Assembly: GCA_027053075.1 (NCBI GenBank)
Contig: JALUEE010000086.1
Coordinates: forward strand, 1-64,000
Reading direction: 5' to 3'
Length of the DNA stretch: 64,000 nt
Origin: a candidate division WOR-3 bacterium
GTDB taxonomy: Bacteria > Hydrothermota > Hydrothermia > B15-G9 > WFZT01
Notes under the pieces: model-generated
Told to the model about the DNA's origin: nothing
The model's database searches: none
What the model saw: the letters and a program-made list of their open reading frames with translations, nothing else
Program-made: the position numbers and the translations under genes
Part shown: positions 48,389-58,862 of the stretch, piece by piece
Layout: every line of letters starts with the position of its first letter
Position numbering within the stretch: position 1 is the first letter of the stretch

Positions 48389-49455
48389 TTCAGGTCTTGC
48401 TATCAATTTTTCTCGTTACCAATGCCAATGTTGAGAAGCTATTTGAAAAGGCTTCAAAGTGGCGGGTGCGGGAGGCCATTTCAGAGGTGGATTCTGCAAG
48501 AAAGGAGCTTGTAAAGCTTGGGGATGTTTCCCTTGAGTATATTTTCACCCAAAAGATTAAAACCACATCAACCCTCGAGTACCGTGCTATCCGATATGTT
48601 GTGAAGCATCTAAGAGAAAAGTCACGTCCATACATTTACAAAGGTCTCCACTCAGACAATGACACTATCAGGATAAACTGTATACGACTACTTGGAGATT
48701 TAAAAGACACAATGTCTCTTGACACCCTCATTGCCCTTTTGAAATCTGAGAAGAAAAAGAAGGTAAAGAGGGCAATAATTGCAGCACTTGGGGATATTGG
48801 AGTCAAGAGGGCTGCTACGGAGATTATTCCGTATTTGAAGGATAAAGATATGAGAATGCGACTTGTTGCGTGTGTGGCGCTCGGGAAGCTCAAGAATCCC
48901 GAGTCTGTGGAGCCTCTCTTTGACGCAATGGAAGACAAAAGTTATCTTGTGAGAAGCACAGCTCTCTGGGCACTTGAGAAAATCGGAAATGAAGAGGTCC
49001 TGGAAGGTGCTTTAAAAAGGCTAAAGAAAAGATTCTGGGAAAATTATGTGGGGCAGGCTGTAAATACTGCCGGAGCCGGACTGGAGATTTTGGGAAATCC
49101 TGATATAGTTGGAATTGCAGCTATTGAGGCGGGTAGAGCCTCATTGCCCGGACTCACTCAGAAAAAATTTGATGAATTGATGTGCTGGAAAAGAATTAAA
49201 TACATCCGATTGATCGGTCGGGTGGCCCCTTCAATTTATGAAAAACATCCCGATGACACTCTTGTAATTCTTGCGAGGAAAAGGCTCATTAAGCTCTTAG
49301 ATTCCCCGTGCTATCTTGCAAGGGGCTACGCTGTGCGCGCACTCTCAAAGTTCAAAGATGATAGAATCAAAAGGTTACTTGAGTCAAAATCCTTAACGGA
49401 AACCAACCTCTTTGTCCGCTCTCAATATGAGGAAGCCTTGCAACAGCAGGATTGA
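48385..49455 (+). CDS. Exported HEAT-repeat protein
   Basis: Repeats such as VRSTALWALEKIG, MRLVACVALGKL; ATGA overlap with upstream gene. Confidence 0.8.
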   Translation: MIQVLLSIFLVTNANVEKLFEKASKWRVREAISEVDSARKELVKLGDVSLEYIFTQKIKTTSTLEYRAIRYVVKHLREKSRPYIYKGLHSDNDTIRINCIRLLGDLKDTMSLDTLIALLKSEKKKKVKRAIIAALGDIGVKRAATEIIPYLKDKDMRMRLVACVALGKLKNPESVEPLFDAMEDKSYLVRSTALWALEKIGNEEVLEGALKRLKKRFWENYVGQAVNTAGAGLEILGNPDIVGIAAIEAGRASLPGLTQKKFDELMCWKRIKYIRLIGRVAPSIYEKHPDDTLVILARKRLIKLLDSPCYLARGYAVRALSKFKDDRIKRLLESKSLTETNLFVRSQYEEALQQQD

Positions 49456-49480
49456 AGGCTCCCCCCTCCTATTGCAACTC

Positions 49481-49969
49481 TTACTTCATTACCTCAAGGT
49501 CTTCTAAAAGGGCCTGGAGGTCTTCTTCGTGCTCAACCTCGTCGGTTAAAATCTGAAGGACGATGTTGTAGGTAACCGGGTCTATGTCGCGGGTGAACTT
49601 CAGGAGGGAATTGTAAACCTCGATAGCGCACTGCTCACCCTTTATATTTTGCTCAAGGACTTTTTTAACAACAGGGTCATCGGGTTTATCGTATCCGCAG
49701 TTTGTAATCTTGAGCCATTCTTCAGGTGAAAGGACAGGGGTTCCACCGAGCTCTAAAATTCTTGCCACAAGCATGTCTGCGTGTCTCAGCTCATCGGTGG
49801 CATGCTGAACAAGCTCGGCAATTACGGCATCTTTCATCGGCCCTTTTACCACTTTCGAGCCAATCCAGTACTGATAGTAAGCGAGCCATTCGTCCGAAAG
49901 GGCTTTATTTAGAAGCTCAATAATTTTATCCGCATGCTCGCCAACTAAGGCTCTTCCTTTTGTACCCAT
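49481..49969 (-). CDS. Ferritin-like protein (Dps-like/bacterioferritin-related)
   Basis: DEWLAYYQYW, ELRH, EQCAI, EVEHE di-iron ligands; GGAGG SD. Confidence 0.88.
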   Translation of the reverse strand: MGTKGRALVGEHADKIIELLNKALSDEWLAYYQYWIGSKVVKGPMKDAVIAELVQHATDELRHADMLVARILELGGTPVLSPEEWLKITNCGYDKPDDPVVKKVLEQNIKGEQCAIEVYNSLLKFTRDIDPVTYNIVLQILTDEVEHEEDLQALLEDLEVMK

Positions 49970-49982
49970 TTTAACACCTCCT

Positions 49983-51590
49983 TTACATTCTGAATACACC
50001 GAATTTATGGTCAGGTATAGGTGCATTTAAAGACATGGAAATTCCAAGGGCAAGAACAGTCCTTGTGTCCAGGGGATCAATTATTCCATCATCCCATAGT
50101 CTGGCAGTGCTGTAGTAGGCACTGGATTCTTCTTCGTATTTTTTGAGGACTGGCTCTCTAATCTTTCTCTCCTCTTCTGCTGAGAGCTCCAGTCCCTTTC
50201 TTCTGAGTTGGTCCCTTTTAACTGTCACAAGCACGTCAGCTGCCTGCTCACCACCCATCACAGCAATTCTTGCGTTGGGCCACATGAATAGCAGCCTCGG
50301 ATTGTACCCGCGTCCTGCCATTGCATAGTTACCCGCTCCAAAGGAATTGCCGATTATCACCGTGAATTTTGGCACCTGGGCTGTGGCAACTGCATGGACC
50401 ATCTTTGCCCCGTCTTTTGCAATTCCACCATGCTCGTACTGTTTGCCAACAATGAAACCGGTAATATTTTGAAGGAAGACAATGGGAATTTTCCTCACAG
50501 AGCACATAGAGATGAAATGGGCTCCCTTCTGGGCGGCTTCTGAGAAAAGAACTCCGTTGTTTGCCACAATGCAGACCGGATATCCCATTATTCTTGCAAA
50601 TCCGGTTACGAGGGTTGTACCGTATCTCGCTTTAAACTCGTGGAATCTTGAGCCATCCACTATTCTCGCGATTATTTCTTTTGCATCGAAAGGCTTTTTC
50701 ATATCTTTTGGAATAATGCCATAAATCTCTTCTGGGTCATAATAGGGGTCTTCTGGCTCAGAAATATCGAGGTAGAATTTTTCCGGCCTGTTGAGGTTCT
50801 CAATGATGTTTCTTGCAATTTGAATGGCATGTCTATCATCAACGGCAAAGTGGTCAGCTACCCCGGAGATGCGGGTGTGAACATCGGCACCACCAAGTTC
50901 CTCGGCTGTAACCTCGACACCTGTGGCAGCTTTCACAAGGGGTGGGCCTCCAATAAATATCGTGCCTTCCTCTTTGACGATAACGGTTTCATCAGACATG
51001 GCAGGAACATAGGCACCACCTGCTGTACACGAGCCCATAACGAGTGATATCTGGGGAATGTTATTTGCAGACATCCGTGCCTGATTGTAGAAAATGCGTC
51101 CAAAATGCTCCTTGTCAGGGAACACCTCTGCTTGAAGTGGCAAAAATACACCCCCAGAGTCCACCATGTAAACACACGGGAGGTGGTTTTCCATGGCAAT
51201 TTCCTGGGCCCTTATGTGCTTCTTTATGGTCTCAGGGAAGTAGGTTCCACCCTTCACTGTCGCGTCATTGGCAACTATGCAGACCTCCCTTCCGTGAACC
51301 ACACCTATTCCTGTAATAATGCCTGCGGCCGGGACCTGGTTGTCGTACATCCCCCATGCTGCGAGGGGTGAAAGTTCAAGGAATGGGGTATTTTTATCGA
51401 GCAGAAGTTCAACTCTTTCACGAACCAGGAGTTTTCCGCGCTCTTTGTGTCGTTTTCTCGCCTCAGGTGGTCCGCCCTGCTTTACCTGTTCCAGTCGCTC
51501 ACGGAGCTGCTTCACAAGCTCCTTGTTGTGTTTCATGTTTTCTATAAATTCCGGGCTATTGGTTTTTACCCTGGACTCAATTCTAAACAT
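49983..51590 (-). CDS. Methylcrotonyl-CoA carboxylase beta (carboxyltransferase) subunit
   Basis: [42 protein letters not shown]. Confidence 0.9.
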   Translation of the reverse strand: MFRIESRVKTNSPEFIENMKHNKELVKQLRERLEQVKQGGPPEARKRHKERGKLLVRERVELLLDKNTPFLELSPLAAWGMYDNQVPAAGIITGIGVVHGREVCIVANDATVKGGTYFPETIKKHIRAQEIAMENHLPCVYMVDSGGVFLPLQAEVFPDKEHFGRIFYNQARMSANNIPQISLVMGSCTAGGAYVPAMSDETVIVKEEGTIFIGGPPLVKAATGVEVTAEELGGADVHTRISGVADHFAVDDRHAIQIARNIIENLNRPEKFYLDISEPEDPYYDPEEIYGIIPKDMKKPFDAKEIIARIVDGSRFHEFKARYGTTLVTGFARIMGYPVCIVANNGVLFSEAAQKGAHFISMCSVRKIPIVFLQNITGFIVGKQYEHGGIAKDGAKMVHAVATAQVPKFTVIIGNSFGAGNYAMAGRGYNPRLLFMWPNARIAVMGGEQAADVLVTVKRDQLRRKGLELSAEEERKIREPVLKKYEEESSAYYSTARLWDDGIIDPLDTRTVLALGISMSLNAPIPDHKFGVFRM

Positions 51591-51704
51591 GTGCCACTCC
51601 TTTTTAATCGAAAATAAAGCACAGTCAGAAAATTTTCAACAGATGGGGTCTGCCAGAATAAATCTTGCCGAAGATTCCACGTGTAAGATGAAATATACTC
51701 CCCG

Positions 51705-51882
51705 CCTGAAATTTTTAAAATTTAAGATGTAAATCCATACCCCATTCCACCCCAGCCCTCCCTTCCCGGAGGGAAGGGAGGGAGTTCCATTAGCGCTTAA
51801 ACCAGCAAGACAGTTTGAAACTTTTGCCAGAAAGCCCAGGTTCCCCTCCTTCCTTGAGGAAGGAGGGGTTAGGGGAGAATGG
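51705..51882. repeat. REP-like palindrome cluster
   Basis: CCCTCCCTTCCC..GGGAAGGGAGGG and CCCCTCCTTCC-TTGA-GGAAGGAGGGG; linker AAATTTAAGATG shared with about 11745. Confidence 0.75.
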
Positions 51883-52163
51883 TGAAAAAGCTCAAATCAT
51901 CAGAGAATGGCGCCCAGGTTTGAATTTTCTAAAGAATTTCTTGATTCACCACTTGAAATTACTTGCGAAGCGACCGTTAGCAAACACTTTTATCTTCCTC
52001 AGACATTGCCTGTCGATGGAAAATTCCAGATATTTCCACCCTTCGCTTCGCGGGTAGGAAAGGAAAGTGTCCCGATCCGCAGTTTTTCTGTCCGTACAGC
52101 ACGACCTGAACTTAAAAACCTTCCCCAACACATTAATCAAGGCAAATTGGCCCGTTTTTGAGC

Positions 52164-54062
52164 TCACTCAAACTTTTTTTTCAACCTCCCAAGCAGTGTG
52201 GTTTTTGACACCTCAAACTCCTTTCCACCAAATTCTTCCGCAAGATAAACCCTTGTGATTTCTTCCAGAATTTCCCCGACTTCCGGATGGCTCTCCCTAA
52301 CTCTCTTCAAAAATTCCGTAGGAGTTTCACCGGGCTTCTTTGGGATACCCTTCTTTTCAAGTATCCTGAGCGCTTCTTCATAAAATCCGAAAGCCCCCTT
52401 CCTTCTCATCCTAACGGCAAAAAATACGCCGAGGAGCAATATGAGAGCGCCGAGTCCCCACCTGTAATTCACAGGACCTCTGGGATTTATTCTACCACCT
52501 CTCCTTGAGACCACAGGTGTAAACCTCGAAACACTGCTCAGGATTCTAAACTGTGAATAAATGTCATAATTAATCACGTGCTCATACCAGAGAAGCCTCA
52601 GATAATCGATGTAGAGACCGGGGTTAAAATGCTTTTTTCTGAATCTTGCAGGAGGTGATGGGTCATACCTCTTCCATCCGACTCCATCGATATAGACCTC
52701 AACCCATGTGTGGGCGTCGTTTTCCCTCACAATGTAATAATTTCCAAGTTTATTGTAAATCCCACCAAGATAACCGCCCACGAGTCGCGCAGGAACTCCA
52801 AAGCTTCTCAAAATCAACGCCATGGACGTGGCAAAAAGCTCGCAATGACCGGATTTTGACCTGGTTAAAAAATAGAGCACTGGATTTTCCCCACGAGGGG
52901 CTTCGAACGACAGCGAATACCGGAATCTGCTCCGGAAGTAAAGAACAAGCTTTTCTGCCATTATTTCAGGACTCCCATTTATAAAGCTAAACAGCTTTCT
53001 CAGCGTGTCCTTTAGAGTCTGCGGAACATAGGTATATCCAGACCATATCCGGGAATAACTTTCAGGCAAAACCCTCGAGTTTATAGAAACCACTCGATAT
53101 TTTACCCTTCCTCGTGTCTCCCCGGAAATAATCAAATCAGATGAGACATAAGCCCTGAATGGAAACAGGCCGCCGATTGGCTTATCAATCGCATAAAGAT
53201 ACCTGTGTTGTCCCGGCTCAAGGTTGATTTCCTGGACCACAGTGTCGCCTTTTAAATTTATTTTTCTAAACCACACAGGATAATTTATAGGGATGGCACC
53301 AACCGCCTGCCTTCTGTGAAACCATGCCCCTTTTCTGTAAATATCATAAGTCAATCCCCTCCAGTAAGGGAAATGCCCGGCATTGCCCCGCAAAATCCTT
53401 GCCCTGAAGGCAACCTTTCCACTTTTTAAGAGTTTCTCTACGTTGTTTATGTCTATTGTCTCGGTGAATCCAATCCTGCCTGCGCCTCCTGGCCCACCCA
53501 AAAAATACGCACTTCCACTCCTTGGTAGCATATAGAAAAATAGAATGGCCATAGGAATTGAAACTGCAAACATCTTAGCGCTGAATTTGAACATCGAGCT
53601 TTTTACATCCCCGCCAAATGACTCGTATAAATTAATGTTGACAGCAAAATTAATGGCAACTGCAATAAAGAGGAGTAGCATCACGAGATAAGTTATTTCA
53701 ATTGTGAATGAAGCCACACCTGCAACGATGAGAAAGTTCAAAAGCAGTATCTGGATGAAATCCCTCGGCTTCTTCTCCCCTGCAAGTTTTATTGCATTGA
53801 GTGACAAAAGGAGATACTCGAGGGGTCTTACTAAGTTGCTGAGCCGAACCTGACTCAGGAAGAATATGGACAGAAGAATCGCGAGGAAATTCAGAAGTTT
53901 CCCGTGTGCAACAGATTCGCCTTCAAAAGACCTGTAGAGGAAAAACAGATAAATGAGACCAAAAAAGGCTGAGGCATAAAAGGGAATGTAAGGGAAAAGT
54001 GCAATGAGACTTAGAAAACTTATCAGCCCAGTTTCTATTAAAAGAAGCCTGAATACATTCAT
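52164..54062 (-). CDS. DUF3488 + transglutaminase-like membrane protein (TgpA-like)
   Basis: YWRG, GHCELFA, AHTWVEVY, WKRYDPSP. Confidence 0.9.
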   Translation of the reverse strand: MNVFRLLLIETGLISFLSLIALFPYIPFYASAFFGLIYLFFLYRSFEGESVAHGKLLNFLAILLSIFFLSQVRLSNLVRPLEYLLLSLNAIKLAGEKKPRDFIQILLLNFLIVAGVASFTIEITYLVMLLLFIAVAINFAVNINLYESFGGDVKSSMFKFSAKMFAVSIPMAILFFYMLPRSGSAYFLGGPGGAGRIGFTETIDINNVEKLLKSGKVAFRARILRGNAGHFPYWRGLTYDIYRKGAWFHRRQAVGAIPINYPVWFRKINLKGDTVVQEINLEPGQHRYLYAIDKPIGGLFPFRAYVSSDLIISGETRGRVKYRVVSINSRVLPESYSRIWSGYTYVPQTLKDTLRKLFSFINGSPEIMAEKLVLYFRSRFRYSLSFEAPRGENPVLYFLTRSKSGHCELFATSMALILRSFGVPARLVGGYLGGIYNKLGNYYIVRENDAHTWVEVYIDGVGWKRYDPSPPARFRKKHFNPGLYIDYLRLLWYEHVINYDIYSQFRILSSVSRFTPVVSRRGGRINPRGPVNYRWGLGALILLLGVFFAVRMRRKGAFGFYEEALRILEKKGIPKKPGETPTEFLKRVRESHPEVGEILEEITRVYLAEEFGGKEFEVSKTTLLGRLKKKFE

Positions 54063-54940
54063 AATAGCGCAAGACTCCTCAAAATTTTTATCCTCTGTGC
54101 CTCACCATAATCAGGTCTGATCTTCAAATCACCATACTCGATGCCCACTGCGAAGCCAGACTTGAGGAAATGCTCAGCAAGGGAGGCAAGCTCATCTATT
54201 CGGCTCTCAGGATCAGATTCTTTGAGGTCACGCTCTGTCAATACGATTTCACCTGTTCCGGGACCCGAGAAAACCTTTGTGTAGAGTTCATCATCGTGCC
54301 TTGAAGCCTTCCAGTGAATTTGACTTATGGGCTCACCCTCCTGGTACTCCCGCAGTCGCAGGAAATCCCCACCAGTTCCCGGCTTTTTACTCTCAAAACT
54401 ACCGCTGGATTTCATCTCCAAAATCTCAAACACTCTGCTTTTAACGTCATAAATCCGTGGAAATACGAGGACTTCCAGATTCAGAGGGAAAATCTCTTCA
54501 CGGGTGAAAAAGCCAAATGGGAATGAGGAGTAAACTTTCAGCTCTTCAATCCGTGCTATCCCTCGCTTTTCAAAAATTAGGGGGATGTGAAAGTCGGTCA
54601 TTCCTTCGATTTTTGGAGTGCCAGAGACCTTATCCTTGAGCTTCACGAAAATATTATAGCCACTTTTTGAATAAATCTTTACGGTAAAATAGGCCTTTTT
54701 GCCCTTGTAAATCTCGAGGGGAGGGTGAATCTCAAACCTGATATTTCGCAGATTCCTTCGCGCATAAATGCCGGATAGACCCATAAGCGCAAGTAACATG
54801 GATAGGACTAAGTAAAGCAGGTTGTTCATGGTATTTGTAGCAGCGAATCCCACAGCAATGGTCAAAAGAATATAGAGGGTTCCCCGTGAATTTACCTTGA
54901 TGTATGAGGTTCTGTCATCAAACTGGAACCGAAATCTCAT
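54059..54940 (-). CDS. DUF58 protein
   Basis: NNLLY, FPFGF, LREYQEGE..IHWKAS. Confidence 0.88.
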   Translation of the reverse strand: MRFRFQFDDRTSYIKVNSRGTLYILLTIAVGFAATNTMNNLLYLVLSMLLALMGLSGIYARRNLRNIRFEIHPPLEIYKGKKAYFTVKIYSKSGYNIFVKLKDKVSGTPKIEGMTDFHIPLIFEKRGIARIEELKVYSSFPFGFFTREEIFPLNLEVLVFPRIYDVKSRVFEILEMKSSGSFESKKPGTGGDFLRLREYQEGEPISQIHWKASRHDDELYTKVFSGPGTGEIVLTERDLKESDPESRIDELASLAEHFLKSGFAVGIEYGDLKIRPDYGEAQRIKILRSLALL

Positions 54941-55826
54941 TGAGCAGTTCTTCGAAGATCAGGCTTCTTGTTCTGAAATCAGGGGTTTCCTGCATAAGAA
55001 GCCTGTGTGGAGCAACGTATCGAGCCATGGTTTTGACATCATCCGGCACCACATAATCCCTGCCCCTGATGAATGCATAGGCCTTTGAAGCTTTGACAAG
55101 GTCCAGGGCCGCCCTTGTGGACATGCCAATAATAAACCTGTCTCGCGTGGCAAGCACAATTCTCATAACGTATTCGAGGATTTTTTCTGCTGTCTTGATA
55201 TTTTCAACAAATTCCTGCGCCTTTAAAATTTCTGACCTTGAAACCACAGGCTCAAGATTCCTCGCCTTCTCGTGAAGGTTTCCATTTTTGAGAATATCTT
55301 TCTCTGTTTCCTCGTCCGGATAGCCCATGTCAAACCTGAGCATGAACCTATCAAGCTGTGATTCAGGCAGTGGAAACGTGCCAAAGTGCTCAACTGGATT
55401 TTGAGTTGCTATGACTAAAAAAGGCTCTGGAAGCCGGTAGGTGACTCCTTCAACCGATACCTGACCTTCTCCCATTGCTTCAAGAAGGGCTGACTGGGTT
55501 TTGGGTGTGGCTCTATTTATTTCATCGGCAAGAATGATATTCTTAAAGATTGGACCTTTCCTGAACTCAAACTCATCGGTCTTTCTGTTGAAGACCACTG
55601 CGCCAATGATGTCGGCAGGCAGAAGGTCGCTTGTAAACTGAATCCGGGTAAATTCGAGACCTGTGGCCCGGGCAAATGCAAGTGCGAGGGTGGTCTTACC
55701 TATCCCCGGAATATCTTCAATCAACACATGTCCCTTTGCGAGCAGGGCAACGAGCGTGAGCTCCACCTGCCTTCTTTTGCCTTTTATAACGGTTTCAACC
55801 TGATTTATGATTCTTCCTGGTTCCAT
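54918..55826 (-). CDS. moxR: MoxR-family AAA+ ATPase
   Basis: PGIGKT, RIQFTSDLLPAD, DEINRA, LPESQLDRF. Confidence 0.93.
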   Translation of the reverse strand: MEPGRIINQVETVIKGKRRQVELTLVALLAKGHVLIEDIPGIGKTTLALAFARATGLEFTRIQFTSDLLPADIIGAVVFNRKTDEFEFRKGPIFKNIILADEINRATPKTQSALLEAMGEGQVSVEGVTYRLPEPFLVIATQNPVEHFGTFPLPESQLDRFMLRFDMGYPDEETEKDILKNGNLHEKARNLEPVVSRSEILKAQEFVENIKTAEKILEYVMRIVLATRDRFIIGMSTRAALDLVKASKAYAFIRGRDYVVPDDVKTMARYVAPHRLLMQETPDFRTRSLIFEELLNEISVPV

Positions 55827-56836
55827 ACTCCCTCTATTTTTTCTCCGCAGTACGGACATTTACCGTCTTTAATATGATTCTCGAGCACCTCAAAACCCCA
55901 GCGTCTTATGAGCAATCTGCCACATTTTGGACAGTACGTATTCTCTGACTCGTCGCCGGGCACATTTCCAAGATAAACAAATCTAAGTCCCTCTTCTTTA
56001 CCAATGCGATACGCCATTTTGAGGGTTTCAATGGGAGTGGGTGGGTAATCTCTCATCTTGTATGCAGGGTGGAATCTTGAGATGTGCCAGGGAGTCTCCG
56101 GGCCGACTTCATCCCTGATGAATCTTGCTATTTCCCTGATCTGATCTTCGGTGTCATTCCATCCGGGAACAATAAGAGTTGTAAGCTCAACCCAAATCCC
56201 TAATTTTTTGTGAAGTTTAATTGAATCAAGCACCTCGGAAAGCCTGGCTCCTATAATCTTGCGGTAATACTCTTCACTCCACCCTTTAAGGTCAATATTA
56301 ACAGCATGCAGGTAAGGTCTTATCATTTCAAGTGCCTGAGGTGAAATATACCCATTGGTCACAAAGACATTCTTTATACCGTATTGTGATGAAATTTTTG
56401 CTATATCGTAGGCATAATCAAAGAAGATGCTTGGTTCAGTGTAGGTGTGGGCAATAACTTCTGCGCGGTATTTGAGGGCAAGCTGAACCATCTCTTCTGC
56501 CGAGACATCGTAACCTTTTATCCTGTGGTGCCTGTCACGGGGCATCTGCGAAATATCCCAGTTCTGGCAAAAGAGACATTTGAAATTACATCCCACGGTC
56601 GCATAAGAAAGGGCACTTGAGCCGGGAAGGAAGTGAAAAAGTGGTTTTTTCTCAATGGGGTCAAGGTTAATTGCAATAGGTTTACCATAGTTTAGCGAAT
56701 ATAGCTTGTTGTCGATATTTTTCTTGACACCACAGACCCCGTATCGGTCCTTTTTTATAATGCAGTAATGCCTGCATTCGAGACACCTTACCCGCTCATC
56801 GTCGTATTTTTCGTAAAGATAAGCTTCCTTGAGCAT
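55805..56836 (-). CDS. amrS: AmmeMemoRadiSam system radical SAM enzyme
   Basis: DPIEKKPLFHF, CNFKCLFCQN, YTEP, C-terminal CPKC/CPYC. Confidence 0.92.
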   Translation of the reverse strand: MLKEAYLYEKYDDERVRCLECRHYCIIKKDRYGVCGVKKNIDNKLYSLNYGKPIAINLDPIEKKPLFHFLPGSSALSYATVGCNFKCLFCQNWDISQMPRDRHHRIKGYDVSAEEMVQLALKYRAEVIAHTYTEPSIFFDYAYDIAKISSQYGIKNVFVTNGYISPQALEMIRPYLHAVNIDLKGWSEEYYRKIIGARLSEVLDSIKLHKKLGIWVELTTLIVPGWNDTEDQIREIARFIRDEVGPETPWHISRFHPAYKMRDYPPTPIETLKMAYRIGKEEGLRFVYLGNVPGDESENTYCPKCGRLLIRRWGFEVLENHIKDGKCPYCGEKIEGVWNQEES

Positions 56837-56925
56837 ATTCTAAATAATAACAGCCGCCCGATGGAGAGACAAACCCCAGGTGTAATCGGAATGTGGTTGG
56901 GTGCTTTGAAGAAGTTGAGAGCAAT

Positions 56926-56968
56926 TTTAGATGGGGGCCCCGCGCTTCGCGCGGGGCCCCCATCTAAA
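56926..56968. terminator. 20-bp perfect hairpin after enoyl-CoA hydratase
   Basis: TTTAGATGGGGGCCCCGCGC-TTC-GCGCGGGGCCCCCATCTAAA. Confidence 0.65.
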
Positions 56969-56976
56969 TCTACTGT

Positions 56977-57720
56977 TTACTTCTTTAAAAATTTTGCCAG
57001 GGATTCGCGGGCAAATTGGGAATTGGCAAGAAATACCAGCTCACCAGAAGCCTCCCCAAAGAACACCATGTTCCTCTGACGGGCAATCCATTTTTTGGCA
57101 ACCTTTACAGCAAGGGGGTCAGAGTTGGCTATTTTTTCTGCAATTTCATGGACCCTGTCCATCAATTCCTCTGGTTTTACAATAAAATCTACTATTCCCA
57201 TTTTAAAGGCCTCTTCTGCAGTTATGGGCTCACCGAGTAAGGTGAGTTTGGCGGCTTTCTTCAGTCCTATTAGTGAAGGGTTGATGGTGAGACCTGCAGG
57301 GGGTATGAGACCAATTTTTAATTCGGGAAAAGCAAATTTTGCAGCCTTTGACGACACAACAAGGTCAAACATCAATGTCATTTCAAAGCCTCCACCATAG
57401 GCAAGTCCGTTTATTGCTCCAATAGTGGGTACTGGAAACTCTGAAATAGCTCGTAAAACTCTGGCGAATCCATTGCTGAAAAATTCGTACAGGTTCTCAG
57501 TTCTGGTCAATTTATCCATTTCATAGATGTCATTACCGGCAGAAAAGGCCCTGCCTTTACCTGTGATAATCAAAACCCTCAGATTATCATTTCCCTTCTC
57601 CTGATCCAGGATGTTGTAGAGCTCCTGCCACATCTCCCGGTTGAATGAGTTGAGCTTATCCTCCCGCGTAAAAGTTATGATACCGATACCATCTTTAAGC
57701 TCATAACTCATGTACTTCAT
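56977..57720 (-). CDS. Enoyl-CoA hydratase/isomerase family protein
   Basis: FSAGND, GGGFE, FPELKIG; start ATG 57720 with GGAGG SD. Confidence 0.9.
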   Translation of the reverse strand: MKYMSYELKDGIGIITFTREDKLNSFNREMWQELYNILDQEKGNDNLRVLIITGKGRAFSAGNDIYEMDKLTRTENLYEFFSNGFARVLRAISEFPVPTIGAINGLAYGGGFEMTLMFDLVVSSKAAKFAFPELKIGLIPPAGLTINPSLIGLKKAAKLTLLGEPITAEEAFKMGIVDFIVKPEELMDRVHEIAEKIANSDPLAVKVAKKWIARQRNMVFFGEASGELVFLANSQFARESLAKFLKK

Positions 57721-57784
57721 AATATGCCTCCTTTCCCTTAGGTTACCACAAATTGGACGAACATTCAGCCTTAAAATTGAAAGT

Positions 57785-58612
57785 ATGGAATACAGATCAC
57801 CGCACGGCAGAATTGTAGATTTTAATAAAAAACCTCTGATCATGGGGATTTTGAATGTAACTCCGGATTCTTTTTATGCCGGTAGTCGTGTGATGGGAGA
57901 GGTGGAACAGGTTGCGCGGGCAATGATAGACGAAGGAGCGGATATCCTTGACATTGGGGGTGAATCCACAAGGCCGGGAGCCGAAGCTGTGCCACATGAA
58001 GAGGAATTGAGGAGAGTGGTACCGGCTATTAAAGCTATCAGAAAATTTTCAGAGATACCCATTTCAATTGATACTTACAAATCAGTGGTGGCAGATGAAG
58101 CAATAAAGGCAGGCGCTGATATTGTTAACGATATCTCGGGTTTTTCCTTTGACCCTGAGATTGTGAATGTGGTGCAAAGATACAGGGCTCCTTATGTCCT
58201 GATGCATATCAAAGGAACTCCACGGGATATGCAAAAAAATGCTTTTTATGACGATGTGGTTGAAGAAGTCAAGGCTTATTCCAAAGAAAAAATAGATTAT
58301 CTCAAGACCCGCGGAATAGAGCAGATTATCCTTGACCCTGGTATCGGCTTTGGGAAAAGGTTTGAGGACAATATTGAATTGCTGAAAAACATTGATAAAT
58401 TCAAGTCGTTCAGCATCCCAATACTTGTTGGTCATTCAAGAAAATCTTTTATCGGGTGGATTCTTGGGGAGAGTGAGCCTGAGAAGAGGTTGTATGGTAC
58501 TCTCGGCATCACCGCATATCTAACACTTCAGGGGGTGGACATTATCCGTGTCCATGATGTAAAGGCCAATAGAGATGTGGTCGAGACTGTTAATAGATTA
58601 ATGGCCCCGTAA
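57785..58612 (+). CDS. folP: Dihydropteroate synthase
   Basis: GILNVTPDSF, GGESTRPG, DPGIGFGK, SRKS, RVHDV. Confidence 0.95.
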   Translation: MEYRSPHGRIVDFNKKPLIMGILNVTPDSFYAGSRVMGEVEQVARAMIDEGADILDIGGESTRPGAEAVPHEEELRRVVPAIKAIRKFSEIPISIDTYKSVVADEAIKAGADIVNDISGFSFDPEIVNVVQRYRAPYVLMHIKGTPRDMQKNAFYDDVVEEVKAYSKEKIDYLKTRGIEQIILDPGIGFGKRFEDNIELLKNIDKFKSFSIPILVGHSRKSFIGWILGESEPEKRLYGTLGITAYLTLQGVDIIRVHDVKANRDVVETVNRLMAP

Positions 58613-58673
58613 TTAACTGTTCCATCCTTTCCTTGAGATGTAGATTTGGAGTCTCACGGTGAATTGGAAGTAT

Positions 58674-58725
58674 TTAGTGGTAGTCCCGATTTGGGAATTT
58701 ATTCCCAAATCGGGACTACCACTAA
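58674..58725. repeat. Perfect 25-bp-arm inverted repeat with GTAG...CTAC (REP doublet-like)
   Basis: TTAGTGGTAGTCCCGATTTGGGAAT-TT-ATTCCCAAATCGGGACTACCACTAA. Confidence 0.85.
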
Positions 58726-58862
58726 CCCTATCGTTGTAAATTCCTCGTGTAATAACTAAGTCCAGGGAATACGGATTTTTTCTGCAATTCCTCATTTTCC
58801 ACAGTCTGAACTCTGAATACGGAATGATAATTGCCTGAAATAGCAGAAAAAGGAGGTGCATA

